From the NCBI GenBank assembly GCA_012295275.1, contig CM022673.1:992001-1056000 (forward strand): a stretch of 64,000 bases of DNA, given 5' to 3'. Numbering within the stretch: the stretch's first letter is position 1; each line of letters opens with the position of its first letter. Under the pieces are notes generated by a model. That model made no database searches and was not told the DNA's origin. It saw only the letters and a list, made by a program, of their open reading frames with translations. The DNA is from Chrysomallon squamiferum (lineage: Eukaryota > Animalia > Mollusca). Position numbers and translations under genes: made by a program. Below, in pieces: positions 26,065 through 37,643 of this stretch.

Positions 26065-26165
26065 TTGCTACAGCAGGTATGTGCAATGTTGCCGTCTGAA
26101 GATCAAACGGGCCAACACCTGTGCAATGCTGAGCAAGTAAAAATGAATGGCTTGGTGCAATGCCA
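26065..26165 (-). promoter_or_regulatory. PIE-like autoregulatory RNA element with three AUUGCAC U1A-binding boxes
   Basis: ATTGCAC on the minus strand at 26161-26155, 26127-26121 and 26087-26081. Flanking complementary arms TGGC/GCCA, TTGCTCAGC/GCTGTAGCAA, AGGT/ACCT, GTTG/CAAC and CCGTTTG/CAGACGG. About 35 nt upstream of AATAAA. Confidence 0.85.
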
Positions 26166-26421
26166 CGAATTATCAGAACTTGATGAAATGATCCTACCTT
26201 TCCCTACAAACCATGAACACAATCTCCTGAATGAATTTTCCACGCAGCAATACCACATCCAAAACAGATATGTATAGGAGAATGTCTGGTAGGCAGTTGA
26301 AATGTACACTCCTAAATGAAAATTCACTCAACCGACATTATTCTTTTAAACAATACTTTTGCATTTTGTTCACCATTACATAAGAGGGTCTTCCTGCACA
26401 GCACAGCACTATTTTATCAGT

Positions 26422-28567
26422 TTACTTCTTAGCAAATGAGATTTTCATAGCATTTGTTGGCGTAATCTTAAATCCTTGAAGTGCTTCTTTTGCTGCTCCT
26501 GCCTGACTGTCTATTTCAAATTCTACAAAGGCTATGTCATGTCGACCTGGTACCAAACGAACTTCTTTAAAACCAGGAAATCTAAAGGGAAACAAATTCA
26601 TAAAAGGGATTATATTAGAGAAAAACATCCCATCAGTACTACACTTTGATGTAACAGTTAATTATCAATAATCTGTGAAAACCTATATTTTAACATTAAA
26701 AAAACAACAACTTCACCACCTGAAAAATGATAGTACAAACGAAGAAAAACGGGCAAATAAACTTCAGAATATAATCTGCAGCCAATCAAATGTTAACAGA
26801 GAAATTTGTAAATAATCTGAAATAGAAAATCCTTTTGCTGACAGTAATTAATAAATTTACGGTAATTTAGCATTGCTATTCTGTCACAATCTGATAACAT
26901 CAAACTTACTGATTAAAAAGCATGGACAACATCATTTCATTGGTTTCTTCAGGCAGGTTGGTGATGAAGAGAATCTGGTTAGGAGGTTGTTCAGGAATAG
27001 CTGTAGGAGCTGGAACTGGTACTGCAGCAGATGGTACTGAAAAAAAAAAAAAAAAAAACATATAAATTAAAAACTGGAATATTTTGCTAAATTTTTAATC
27101 CAATACACATATACTGGGTTCTACAAGACACCATATTTGTTGACAAATAAACATTTAAATTATATTTATTTCATTTCAATGTAACAAAAAAATAAAAAAA
27201 ACCAACAGTCTCTGAAAAGTCTAAATTGTTTAGATTAAGCCCTCATTTATATTCTGTAATTTACATGTAATGATCTGTAATTATCAAAAGCACAGCAAAT
27301 AACAAAATTGTTTCCAATTTTCACGTCACAGACATTTTAAGCATGTTTGAAAATAAACGTAGTAAAGATACAATGTAGAAAAAGACGGTCATACCTGCTA
27401 CTGTGGGCTGTGGTTGGTGAGCAGCTGGCTGAATTGGTGGGGCACGAGCTATTGGAGGTGCAGATCTTTAAAAAAATTAAATAAATATATACATTAATAT
27501 TCTCATTACAAAAGTTTTTATTTAATCAAGTAACTGCTTAAAACAGTTAAACATTAATGATTAACATTGTAAGCTTCAAAAAAAATAATAGATAGGAATT
27601 TATTGCAGAATACATATTAATAATCAGAATATAACCAAGAGATTCTAAATAAAAACATAAGCCAGAAAACAGCTATTTGTAGTATTTAATTACACTTACT
27701 TTGTAGGTTTAGCCTGTGTGGCCTGACCTTTCTTCTTTTTTCGTGGCTCTTCATCTTCTCTTTTACGTTTTGGTTCCTCTACATAAGTGCCCTTCATTTT
27801 TGAGATGATGTGTGAATCTTTTTTCGAAAACTGAATTCTCTGTAAAAGAATTTTAAAATTATTTAAATGATGTTCATTTTGGAACAGCCGATATTTTGTT
27901 TGTTACTGGAAAAATAAGCAAAAAAAACAAACAAAAAAACACTCCAGTTAAACAAAACAAAAAATGTACAATGTTTTGATACTAGTAAGAACAGCTGAGG
28001 TTGCAGGATGCAACTATTTAAAAATGCTTACCATGGGTTTATCATAGAATGGAAATCCTTGCATGGACCGCATAGCACTGGCCGCACTGTTCACATCTTT
28101 GAAAATGACAAAAGCCTGACCTCTCATTTTCAGTGTTTTTAATGCAACAATATCAAGAATTTGTCCAAACTGAGAAAATATAGCATATAGAGATTTCTTC
28201 AACTCTGAAAGAAAAAAAGAATTCAAAAACATAAAAGCCACCAACAACATCTTAGTAAATTTTATTTTAATCTTAGATATGTTTAAAAGTGATATTAGAT
28301 CGGTGACAAAAAAATATATATTAAATTACTAAGTGACATAATGACTGCCACAGAATTAACTTAGGACAAATTATGTATGCTATGTATACTTAAAGTTACA
28401 CAGAATATCAGAACATTATTCATTTGACAAACACCATCCTAAGGATGTCCAAATTCATCTGGAAACATGACAAATTTTATAAATAAATTTGAGTATAACC
28501 TACCATCCTTTTTGATTTTTTCATTCAGGTTGTTAATATATACGGTGTGATTTGGTGCAGCAGACAT
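26422..28567 (-). CDS. SNRPA: U1 snRNP A / U2B'' family protein (SNF-type, two RRMs), 244 aa
   Basis: Exons 28567-28504, 28204-28032, 27839-27700, 27465-27395, 27036-26910, 26581-26422 in phase. Motifs: [52 protein letters not shown] and [47 protein letters not shown]...MKISFAKK. Confidence 0.97.
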
Positions 28568-29172
28568 AGCTTTGTTGTTGTTGTAAGACTGAAAACAGAT
28601 AAAAATATTAAGTGTACATCAACTCTTTGTTACCAGACATTTCAGTTATTATTTTGAAGTTACTTTTTGTTTTAAAGCTAATGCTGATACAAAAAGGTGA
28701 TATTAAAAAAACTGCCTAAACCCACTTCAGATAAAATCAACCAATTTGCAGGCAACCGTGTGTTCACATATCCAATGTCAAGAACACAATGCTGATCTAT
28801 TCTTGGAAATGTACATGGCTTTTTACTTTCAAGTCACAATTACATCTGCACATACATCTGTTATATTTGCCAATATTGAAAAAATGTAGTTTTATTCTGT
28901 TTTATCTTTTCATATCTGAACTAGAAGTAGAAAACTAACAAAATACAGAGTTAAAACCTCTGCTAACTAAAGTTACTAAGGATAGACCAAAGGTGGTTAT
29001 ATCATATGACTTACTACTTAAAGTTAAAAGTGACAATGTCACAATCATGTTGTGAATGTTACATGGATTTTATATATATATATAATAATATATATATATT
29101 ATAATTTATATACACACGCGTGTGCGTTAAATCCAACACGTACGTGTGTGCGTGCGTGCGTGCGTGCGAGCG

Positions 29173-29175
<3 letters not shown>

Positions 29176-29253
<78 letters not shown>
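29176..29253. repeat. (GA)n microsatellite preceded by (GCGT)n
   Basis: Direct reading. Confidence 0.97.
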
Positions 29254-29255
<2 letters not shown>

Positions 29256-29330
29256 CGGTGACTGACCGCAGACTGGCTCAGAAAGCTTAGGCTTGCAAAT
29301 GAAAACACCTGCATTTTTTTAAAACTAATG

Positions 29331-29370
<40 letters not shown>

Positions 29371-29499
29371 TAACACTCACAGTCACGAAAGCGAAAATAC
29401 TATCATTTGAATAACACTTGCTATATACTACCTTATATACAGTGTAATACCATTAATTACCTAATACATAAAACAAACTCCTTTCTAACAACTAAATAT

Positions 29500-30231
29500 A
29501 GTCCAAATTTTATAAAGATTACAATGGATTCATTTTACGAATTCGTATTTCGTTGAAACCACGATTAATGAACGATATAAACTTCCGGAAATCTAAGGCA
29601 CCGTAAAGAGCAGTAAAATTTTAAAAAACTAAAATAAAACAACTATTAATTACTAAATTTGATTATGTATTAATAATATTTTTTTACAGTTTGAAATATA
29701 AAATAAAATTATAAATAGTTTTTCTTATAATACATAAAGGATTTATCATGTATCTCTTTAAAAACTTAACCGGACAACACTGCCTCTCAAAAAAAAAAAT
29801 AATAATAATAATAATAATAACAATAACAATAAAAAAATTAATAATAAAGCGTACTTTCTTTTTTTTTAAATAAAACTTTGAAAAAGAAGCATTCTATCAG
29901 AATTAACATCATTTTTTATAATTAAATTGATTTTGTGGAATTCGTTTAATTAATTTTACATTTTAATGACTGTAACGTCTGTTTCTGGTTGTTTGCTGTT
30001 CGTTGAATACAATCTTGAAAATGCTAAATTGTAACAAAATAACATAAATTAAGCATAATGACATTATTTATTATTGTGTATGAATGTAATTAGAATTAAT
30101 ATTGTGAACAATATAATTTATATAAATATATTATTTTTAATAATATGCGTGTTCTCGATAGATCGGGATTTTGGAATCCATATTGTATTTCCGAAAGAAG
30201 TCGAAGGAGGAGGGTCAGCCTCTTCAAAATG
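29500..30231. promoter_or_regulatory. Head-to-head promoter region between SNF (-) and VPS26 (+)
   Basis: The SNF ATG exon has an acceptor at 28589-28590, so a non-coding first exon is needed upstream. ETS motif ACTTCCGG at 29581-29588, CpG-rich patches at 29535-29605 and 30145-30235, VPS26 ATG at 30229. Confidence 0.6.
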
Positions 30232-33200
30232 GTATCGTTATTGAAATTTTGTTGTATTTGATGCATTATAAACACTGGTCTGCATGTATTTTATAGTACT
30301 ATGTTGCTATTGTTAGTTTTTATGCCTTGTAGTGCAACGTTTTTTATATCGTCTTTCTTAAATTGAAAACAGGATGAAATTAGGGGGTGTTTGTCATGTG
30401 ACAGATTATCGTGTTCTTGCTTTTATTTCAGCAAATCAATATTAATAATCGGTTATATTTACATATTTGAGGTACGTACATATTTGCTTGTTACCTTGAA
30501 TATTGATTTTGCTCAAGTTAATATTTAAACGAGCAACGGGTAAGGCCAAGTACTCAAACAGTGAAAACTTCCTCTTTTGAACTTTGGACAAATTACTAAA
30601 TTAGTAAATATTAAAATACTAAATTAAAATTGAGGCCTTCCGTGATAATCATAACGGAATGTGCATAAAACTATAATATGTCAAAAGGGGCAAAAAACAG
30701 CCAACTTAAATCCACTCTAAAATATGTTCAAAGAAATAGGTATGTCACTATGTCACTTGTCAGTATGTGACAATTTTCAAAGATATTATTTTCCAAAAGC
30801 TTATTAGAAAGACAAACAATACTGTGAATACATATTAAACTGACACCAAGATCTCTTGCAAAAAGTTACATTGAGGGTATTTTTTCTTCATAATCTATGG
30901 AGAAACTGATTCGTTTCTGTCATTTTGCAAACATAAACCCTGAATATCTCAGTTTTTATCCAGTATACATTTAATAAAAAAATGCTGCTTTTGATGAGTT
31001 CTAAAGGTGTACAGGTTGCTAATTAGTTCAAATATACTTTACGCCTTAATTATGTAATTCTCAAACACTCCATTTTGCTAACATTAATTTTTCACAGTTA
31101 ATTGTATCAATTAGTTTTAAATGTGTCACATGATCGTGTCTTCATTATACAGCTTTTACATTTCATAAACATCAAACCAGTGTGCATGAATTATATCTGA
31201 AATTAGTATTTTTGATAGGTTTAGAACCATCATGCCACAAGATACATGTATTCCTTACATTACACTACATAAATACTTGGTCACTCAAAAAACCAAAAAT
31301 GAAACATCAAATTTGTAAGACAATGGCCGTGGAGTCATTTGCTGAGAACACCAAGCATTTTGGTATCCAAAAATAAGTATCTGCTAACCAAATATTTATA
31401 TTAAATTTGTCAATATGAGAGAAGTAAATACTTTTTATTGTGTATGTGATTTAAAGTCTCAAGTAAGCTTACCTTTGTAACAGTTGATTGTTCATTTTTT
31501 AATCAAAGATGACATATGATAATCATTCTGTTCTTTTAATATTCTATTTTATTTATTTTATTTATTTTATTTATTTTATTTATTATTTTATTATTTTATT
31601 ATTTCATTATTTTATTTCATTATTTATTTATTCTAACTTGTTGCTAACCATCTGTATTTAGACAAGCATTCCTGAAATATGACAAATGATATTAAGTTAA
31701 ATAATCAGTTGTTTTTATTTATTACATCAAATGATATAAATGACTAATATTTTGTTTTAAATTTTTGCCATTATTTGTCAGTGATAATTATAGTAGTGAT
31801 AATATTAAATATTATAATTAATAACTCCCTACATAATGATAAAATAATGTTATTCTACGTATATGTGCCTCACAAATAAAGTAATCTATACTAATACATT
31901 AACAAGTTATACTACCCTCAGTTTCATCCTACTTAGCTGAGATAATTTTTTATCAGGTTAAATGTTTTTATTTTTTGACAAAAGAAAAGAAAACTATAAA
32001 AGAAGAACCAAATATCAAAAATAAATTGAATCCTTAAAATGTTGTTGTGTGTTGTGGTTTTTTTGTGGGTTTTTTTTTTTTGGTTAACTTTTAAAGAATC
32101 TAAATAGTTCCATTTCTACCAATTCTTCCTTTGTGTGAATTTATATTTACATCTTTTATTCATTTTAACTTCATTAATATTTTCTGTTATTACTTTTATT
32201 TGGTTTCTATTTATATATTTAATTTTTAAAATTTATTAATGGTTTTTTATTTTTATTTTTTTTTGATAATGGACCTAAATAATTCCAATTCTTCCTATGC
32301 ATGAATTTATATTTACATCTTTTATTCATTTTAGCTTCATTAATATTTTCTGTTATTACTTTTATTTATTTTGTAGTTATGTATTTTATTTATTTATTTA
32401 ATTATTTATTATTATTTTTATTATTTTCGCAGAGTTTTTTTGGATTTGGGCAGAGTGCCGAAATAGACATTGTTCTTGAAGGACAGGATTCCCGTAAGAC
32501 TGCTGAGATTAAAACAGAAGATGGTAAAAAAGAAAGATATTACTTGTACTATGATGGTGAAACAGTTTCTGGAAAGGTAAATTTTAAATTTGTGTTCTTT
32601 TCTCTTTTTTATTTTTATTTTTTTATTTAATTGATGATGATGATCTGGTTTTATTTTAGGACTTTATCATTAGTTAGCATGTTGTTCACATTAATTCAGT
32701 TTAATAAGTGTGTATTGAAGGAACTGACAAATTATCATCATTATCTTAAAATCTATCTTTTTAATGCAGTTAAATTTGATAATCATAAATACAGCAGACT
32801 ACTAAATAAGAAAAAGGTTTTGTTTATCTGATTTGTGAAGCAAAATTAAGGTTGCATCCTGATAACAAGCCAGCTGGTTGAATTAATGAACTGTTCTGTT
32901 GCAAAGAATTTAAAGAAAATGAGGTTAAAATTGTGACTGTTACAATTTTATTATCAGTTCTCTGAAGTAAAAAATCTGAAATCAAATAAAAATCTTAAAA
33001 TAAAATGTTTAAATTCTTATTATAGGTCAATGTTACCCTGAAGAAATCAGGAAGCAAGCTTGAACATCAAGGAATAAAAATAGAATTTGTAGGTCAAATT
33101 GGTAAGTAGTTACATAATAAAAGAAGTGTAATTTAATTATATTTGTTGAATATTTTCATTTGTATATTATTTTTAGAATTTTATCATTCCTAATTAGCTA

Positions 33201-36200
33201 TAAGAAGTTGTCTGTTTTTGGGGGTGGAGTGAGGGGCAAGATCAGTTTTTAATTTTTTGATACATGAAGTTCCTAAATTTCAGAATGGTTTTATAACTAA
33301 TAATCATTTCTCATTAATTTTTTTTTTTTTTTTTTTTCATTTCTGTTTTACTTTTTTATTTTTGTTATTTTCATTTCTATTTTAATTTATAATTTATATA
33401 TATATATTTTTTTTTTTTTTAGAATTGTACTATGACAGAGGAAATCATCATGAATTTACTTCACTTGTGAAAGAATTGGCACGACCAGGGGAGCTAACTC
33501 AAAATGCCAGTTACAGCTTCGAGTTTCAACAAGTAGAGAAACCTTACGAATCATATACGGGTGCCAATGTTAGATTAAGGTGAGTGACCTTTAGAAATTA
33601 TCATTTATTTTATTTCTGAAAGTTTTAAAATAACAATAATGTGTGTGTTTTATATTGTGGGAACAGAAGTTGGGTTTGTTTGATAATATTTACTGAAAGT
33701 TGTGTTATTTTGTGTCTGTGCATGTGAGATTAGGATTAGTATTCTTTTGGGAGAGGTGTAAATTAAGCATTCCCTCTTTATAATAATAGAATAATGATTA
33801 TGGTTTGAATTGGATTTACAGATATTTTCTTCGAGTTACAATTGTGAAACGACTAACAGATGTGGTGAAGGAACAGGATATTGTTGTGCACACACTGTCG
33901 CAATATCCTGATATGAACAATAGCATAAAAATGGAGGTTGGAATAGAAGACTGTCTACATATAGAATTTGAATACAACAAGTCAAAGTAAGATACTACAG
34001 CATGTATGTTTGTGTTCGTGTTATATTTAATAATTTGTTACCATCAGTTAAAATATTATACAACATCTACTCTAATTTATGCAGAATGAACAATAAAGGT
34101 TCAGTATTTTTAAAGTTTGATTTCATAATTTAAAAAAAATAACAATAGATTTCTTGATGGGGTTTTGTTTTGTGTGTGTGTGTTAGGTTTGCAACAAAAA
34201 ACCAAAATGAAATCATTAGATTGTTATTTGATATTTTCAAAACAGATAAATTGTGGAAAATAAGATATTTAATTCTTAAGTACATTTTATTACACATTTT
34301 ATTACCAAAAAAGTATTGTGTGATTTAAATATAATTTGAAATAAATAACTAAAAAATGTATACAATCAAAAGCTGGTAACATAGTACTACACTTTGTTTT
34401 TATACCTTAGTCCACAATTTTGTGCCATTTTATTTGATTTTATTATCACTTTTTGTTTTCCCCAAACCAAATTAAAATGTATAAACAAATGGAAATAAAA
34501 TGTAAAAACATATTGACAGCATTTAGAATATGTTACTATAAATCTGTTTCATTGCTTACTGAAGATATCATCTCAAGGATGTGATTGTCGGTAAAATATA
34601 CTTCTTGCTGGTTCGAATAAAGATTCGCTATATGGAACTAGCAATTGTGCGTCGAGAATCCACTGGTGCAGGTACTGTGGTTAGAAAGGTCACTGTCTGA
34701 CTCTATTGCTTTCTCATTGGCTTATTGCAGTGAAAACCTCTATATTAGATGTGCATGTTGTTTTTGTTGGCTCAATGCAAGTTACTATATGAACAAGATT
34801 ACATGTTCTGTTGGCTCAGTACATTTTACTGTATATACAGATTTACATGTTTTGTAGGCTCAAAAACAGGTTATTGAAAAATTCAGTTTACTTTTGCTGT
34901 AAACAGAGCTTACAATTCTTTTGTGAGCCTAAGAACAAGTCACTGTATATACATGAATCCATGTTTGTGGTCTGTGTTGCTGTTGTTGTTGTTTTTATTT
35001 ACCCTTTTTTTGGTTTTATGACTGTTGTATCATTTTTACTTTTAATTTAGAAAATGTTTTCAAAATTGCCATGATTGTTGTCGATCATGACTTGATTTAT
35101 TTAAATATAATTTGTTGTTTTTTATATATATATATATATAACCAAAATTCCTTCTGCCTATCATCATAGCAACAACTGCATTTAGCCAGCAGCAGCCATT
35201 ATGCATGTTTGTTTTTATTCTGGTGGTTTTTGTGGCTTCATTTCCAAGTTTTTGTTTCATTTTTATTTTTGTTTTGAAACAGGTATCACTTAAAAGATGT
35301 AATAGTTGGCAAGATTTACTTCCTTCTTGTTCGGATAAAAATCAAGCACATGGAGGTTCAAATAATTAAAAGAGAAACAACAGGGACAGGTACAAACATT
35401 TGAGTTTTCATAACAAGCAGCAGTGTTTTCTATTTCTTTATTCCAACATCAACAGTTATTTAAAAGGGAAGATGTAGCTGCACATAACAAACAGTTTAAT
35501 AAAATAACCTGTAATGTAGAGGAGCTGTAATAAGCACAGTTAATAATAATAATTTTAAAAAAGAAAGATGCTTTAACATTTGCAGTATTATTAAAAACCA
35601 TAGGAAAAAAGAAAGCTAAATATATATCTTTTCGTGATATTTTGAGAAAGCTGTCAGATGATCAAACTTCAGTTGTTAAATTTCTATTGTTTATCAAATT
35701 TAAAAGAACAAGCTGGTTAATGCTGAACAGGACTATCCATTACAAAAAAATGGATGTATCTTTCATTAATGAGCCATCATGTTATTTGACTAGAATCCTC
35801 CAAAACATTGTCAGGTAAACATGTAAAAATAAGAGACATAAAAATATTATTGAGATAAAGATTTGTGTGGTTTTTTTTCACTTGTAAGGATTTTTTGCCA
35901 TATTTTCTCATTTGTTGTGAAAGTTTTAATTAGTTTAGTCATATCATAATTTATTGTCTTGTAAAGTATATTTATTTCTTCTTTTTTTTTAAATGTTATT
36001 TTGAATGTTGTATTAAGTACTCGTGTCTTGATTAATTGTACTAGATATATTTTATTTTAATTATTTTAATTTGTTTTACTTTTATTATTATTTTGTTTTT
36101 CTTTAAAATTATTTCTTACAAAAAAACAAAAAACTCACACACTTGTGTAACTTAGGTATCTTTACATTCTGCAAGTTTTATTTTTTATTCTTAATTTTAT

Positions 36201-37643
36201 TTATTTATTGTTGCTTGTTTGTTTATCCCTGTATGATGTTTTGAACTATTAACTCTGAATTTGTGTTTGATTATATTTTCTTTAAACAATAATCATTGTA
36301 ACAGTAAACAGTAATCAGTTGGGAAAAAATAGCCCAAAGTAACATTGTAAAGTTGCAGTAAAACATTAACAGAAACTCAACTTTATTTATTTTAAATTAA
36401 TAAAAGTTTAGATCTTTATAACAAAAATACTTTGTTTTTATTATTATTAAATAATTTGGCTCTTTATGATTTTTAATTCTGATTTGATAGTAGTTTTTAT
36501 TATTATTATTAATATTGTTATTATTATTATTATTGTTGTTGTTGTTGTTGTTATTATTGTTATTTCTGCTATCACTACTACTACTATTACTACATATTAA
36601 TTATTTATTTATGTTTTTGTTGTTAGAGGATTGATTCTGGACTTTGTTTTCTCAACAGGTCCCAATACTTTTAATGAAAATGAAACAATTGCCAAGTATG
36701 AAATTATGGATGGTGCTCCAGTGAGAGGTATGTTTAGTTACTGTTAAAAAATTACAAATGTTTCCAGGTATTGCAGTTTTTAAAACAATTTAGCCACTCT
36801 TTTTGATGTAGAAAAATCAATAAAATATTAACTTATTAAAAAAAAAACAAATGAATCTTTTTTTTTCATTATGTATCGTTTTTCTTAAATGTGTGTGTAT
36901 GAGTGCAAAGTCATTTAAATTAAACTGGAAATTCAGTTATTCTGATGATGAATATTGCAGGTGAATCCATACCTATTCGACTTTTCTTAAGTGGATACGA
37001 GTTGACACCAACAATGCGAGACATCAACAAGAAATTCTCAGTGCGATACTATCTCAATCTGGTGCTCGTAGATGAAGAAGAAAGACGCTATTTCAAACAA
37101 CAGGTGAGAGGATGTGTTACTCTTAATCAAAACCATTGCTGTTTAATACAGACACCAGTGGATGTATATATTTATCAGCCTTGTACCTGTATGATAAGTC
37201 AAAAGTTCCTTAATGCATCTGTTGGATTATTAAAAACATTTTTTTGCAGATTTCTACAGCTGGTTTTTTGGAGACACCTAGCAATAATGAAAATAATGTG
37301 TGTGTGTGTTTGTGTGTGTGCACGTGCGTGCGTGCGTGAAAGAGAGAGTAAGTATGGTGATACATACAATTTCAGCATTAAAGATGTTTGTGAAGCAAAG
37401 ATTCATAGATTAATGTATAGCATTTATTTACTATAATTATTTTAATTTTTAATTTTTTTTTTTGTTTCTGTCCTGATATTCCAGGAAATCACGATTTTCA
37501 GAAAATCAGATAAAGTAAAACGAAACTATCAAGCTTCCATGCACCATCATCATCAGCACTTCACGAGAGACCAGCCAAAGTCAAAGACAGCGGCAGCTGC
37601 ACCCGTGCAAGAGAACAACACAGACAGTGCCGGTGACAAATGA
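30229..37643 (+). CDS. VPS26: Vacuolar protein sorting-associated protein 26 (retromer subunit, VPS26B-like), 340 aa
   Basis: Exons 30229-30231 (ATG only, inferred), 32433-32576, 33026-33101, 33423-33579, 33822-33986, [34565-34671 or 35283-35389], 36659-36727, 36961-37103, 37485-37643. Motifs: [122 protein letters not shown]. Confidence 0.97.
32121..32367. repeat. Local direct duplication of about 80 bp in VPS26 intron 1
   Basis: aattcttcct...gaatttatatttacatcttttattcatttta(a/g)cttcattaatattttctgttattacttttattt at 32121-32201 and again at 32287-32367. Confidence 0.9.
34565..34671 (+). CDS. VPS26: VPS26 mutually exclusive exon 6a ([35 protein letters not shown])
   Basis: 107 nt, aag|...|gtactg, open frame, same phases as 6b. 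Confidence 0.85.
35283..35389 (+). CDS. VPS26: VPS26 mutually exclusive exon 6b ([35 protein letters not shown])
   Basis: 107 nt, cag|...|gtacaa, open frame; closer to the canonical animal VPS26B sequence. Confidence 0.92.

Noticed and set aside
26081-26161. miR-92/miR-25 explanation of the ATTGCAC/GTGCAAT triplet (pre-miRNA or seed sites on the plus strand)
   Set aside because: The heptamers sit in unpaired loops rather than in a miRNA duplex, lie on the sense strand of the gene whose protein binds AUUGCAC, and are beyond the likely Pur-alpha poly(A) site.
34565-35389. Assembly artefact or haplotype duplication as the cause of the two VPS26 exons
   Set aside because: The copies are heavily diverged at synonymous sites and their flanking introns are unrelated.
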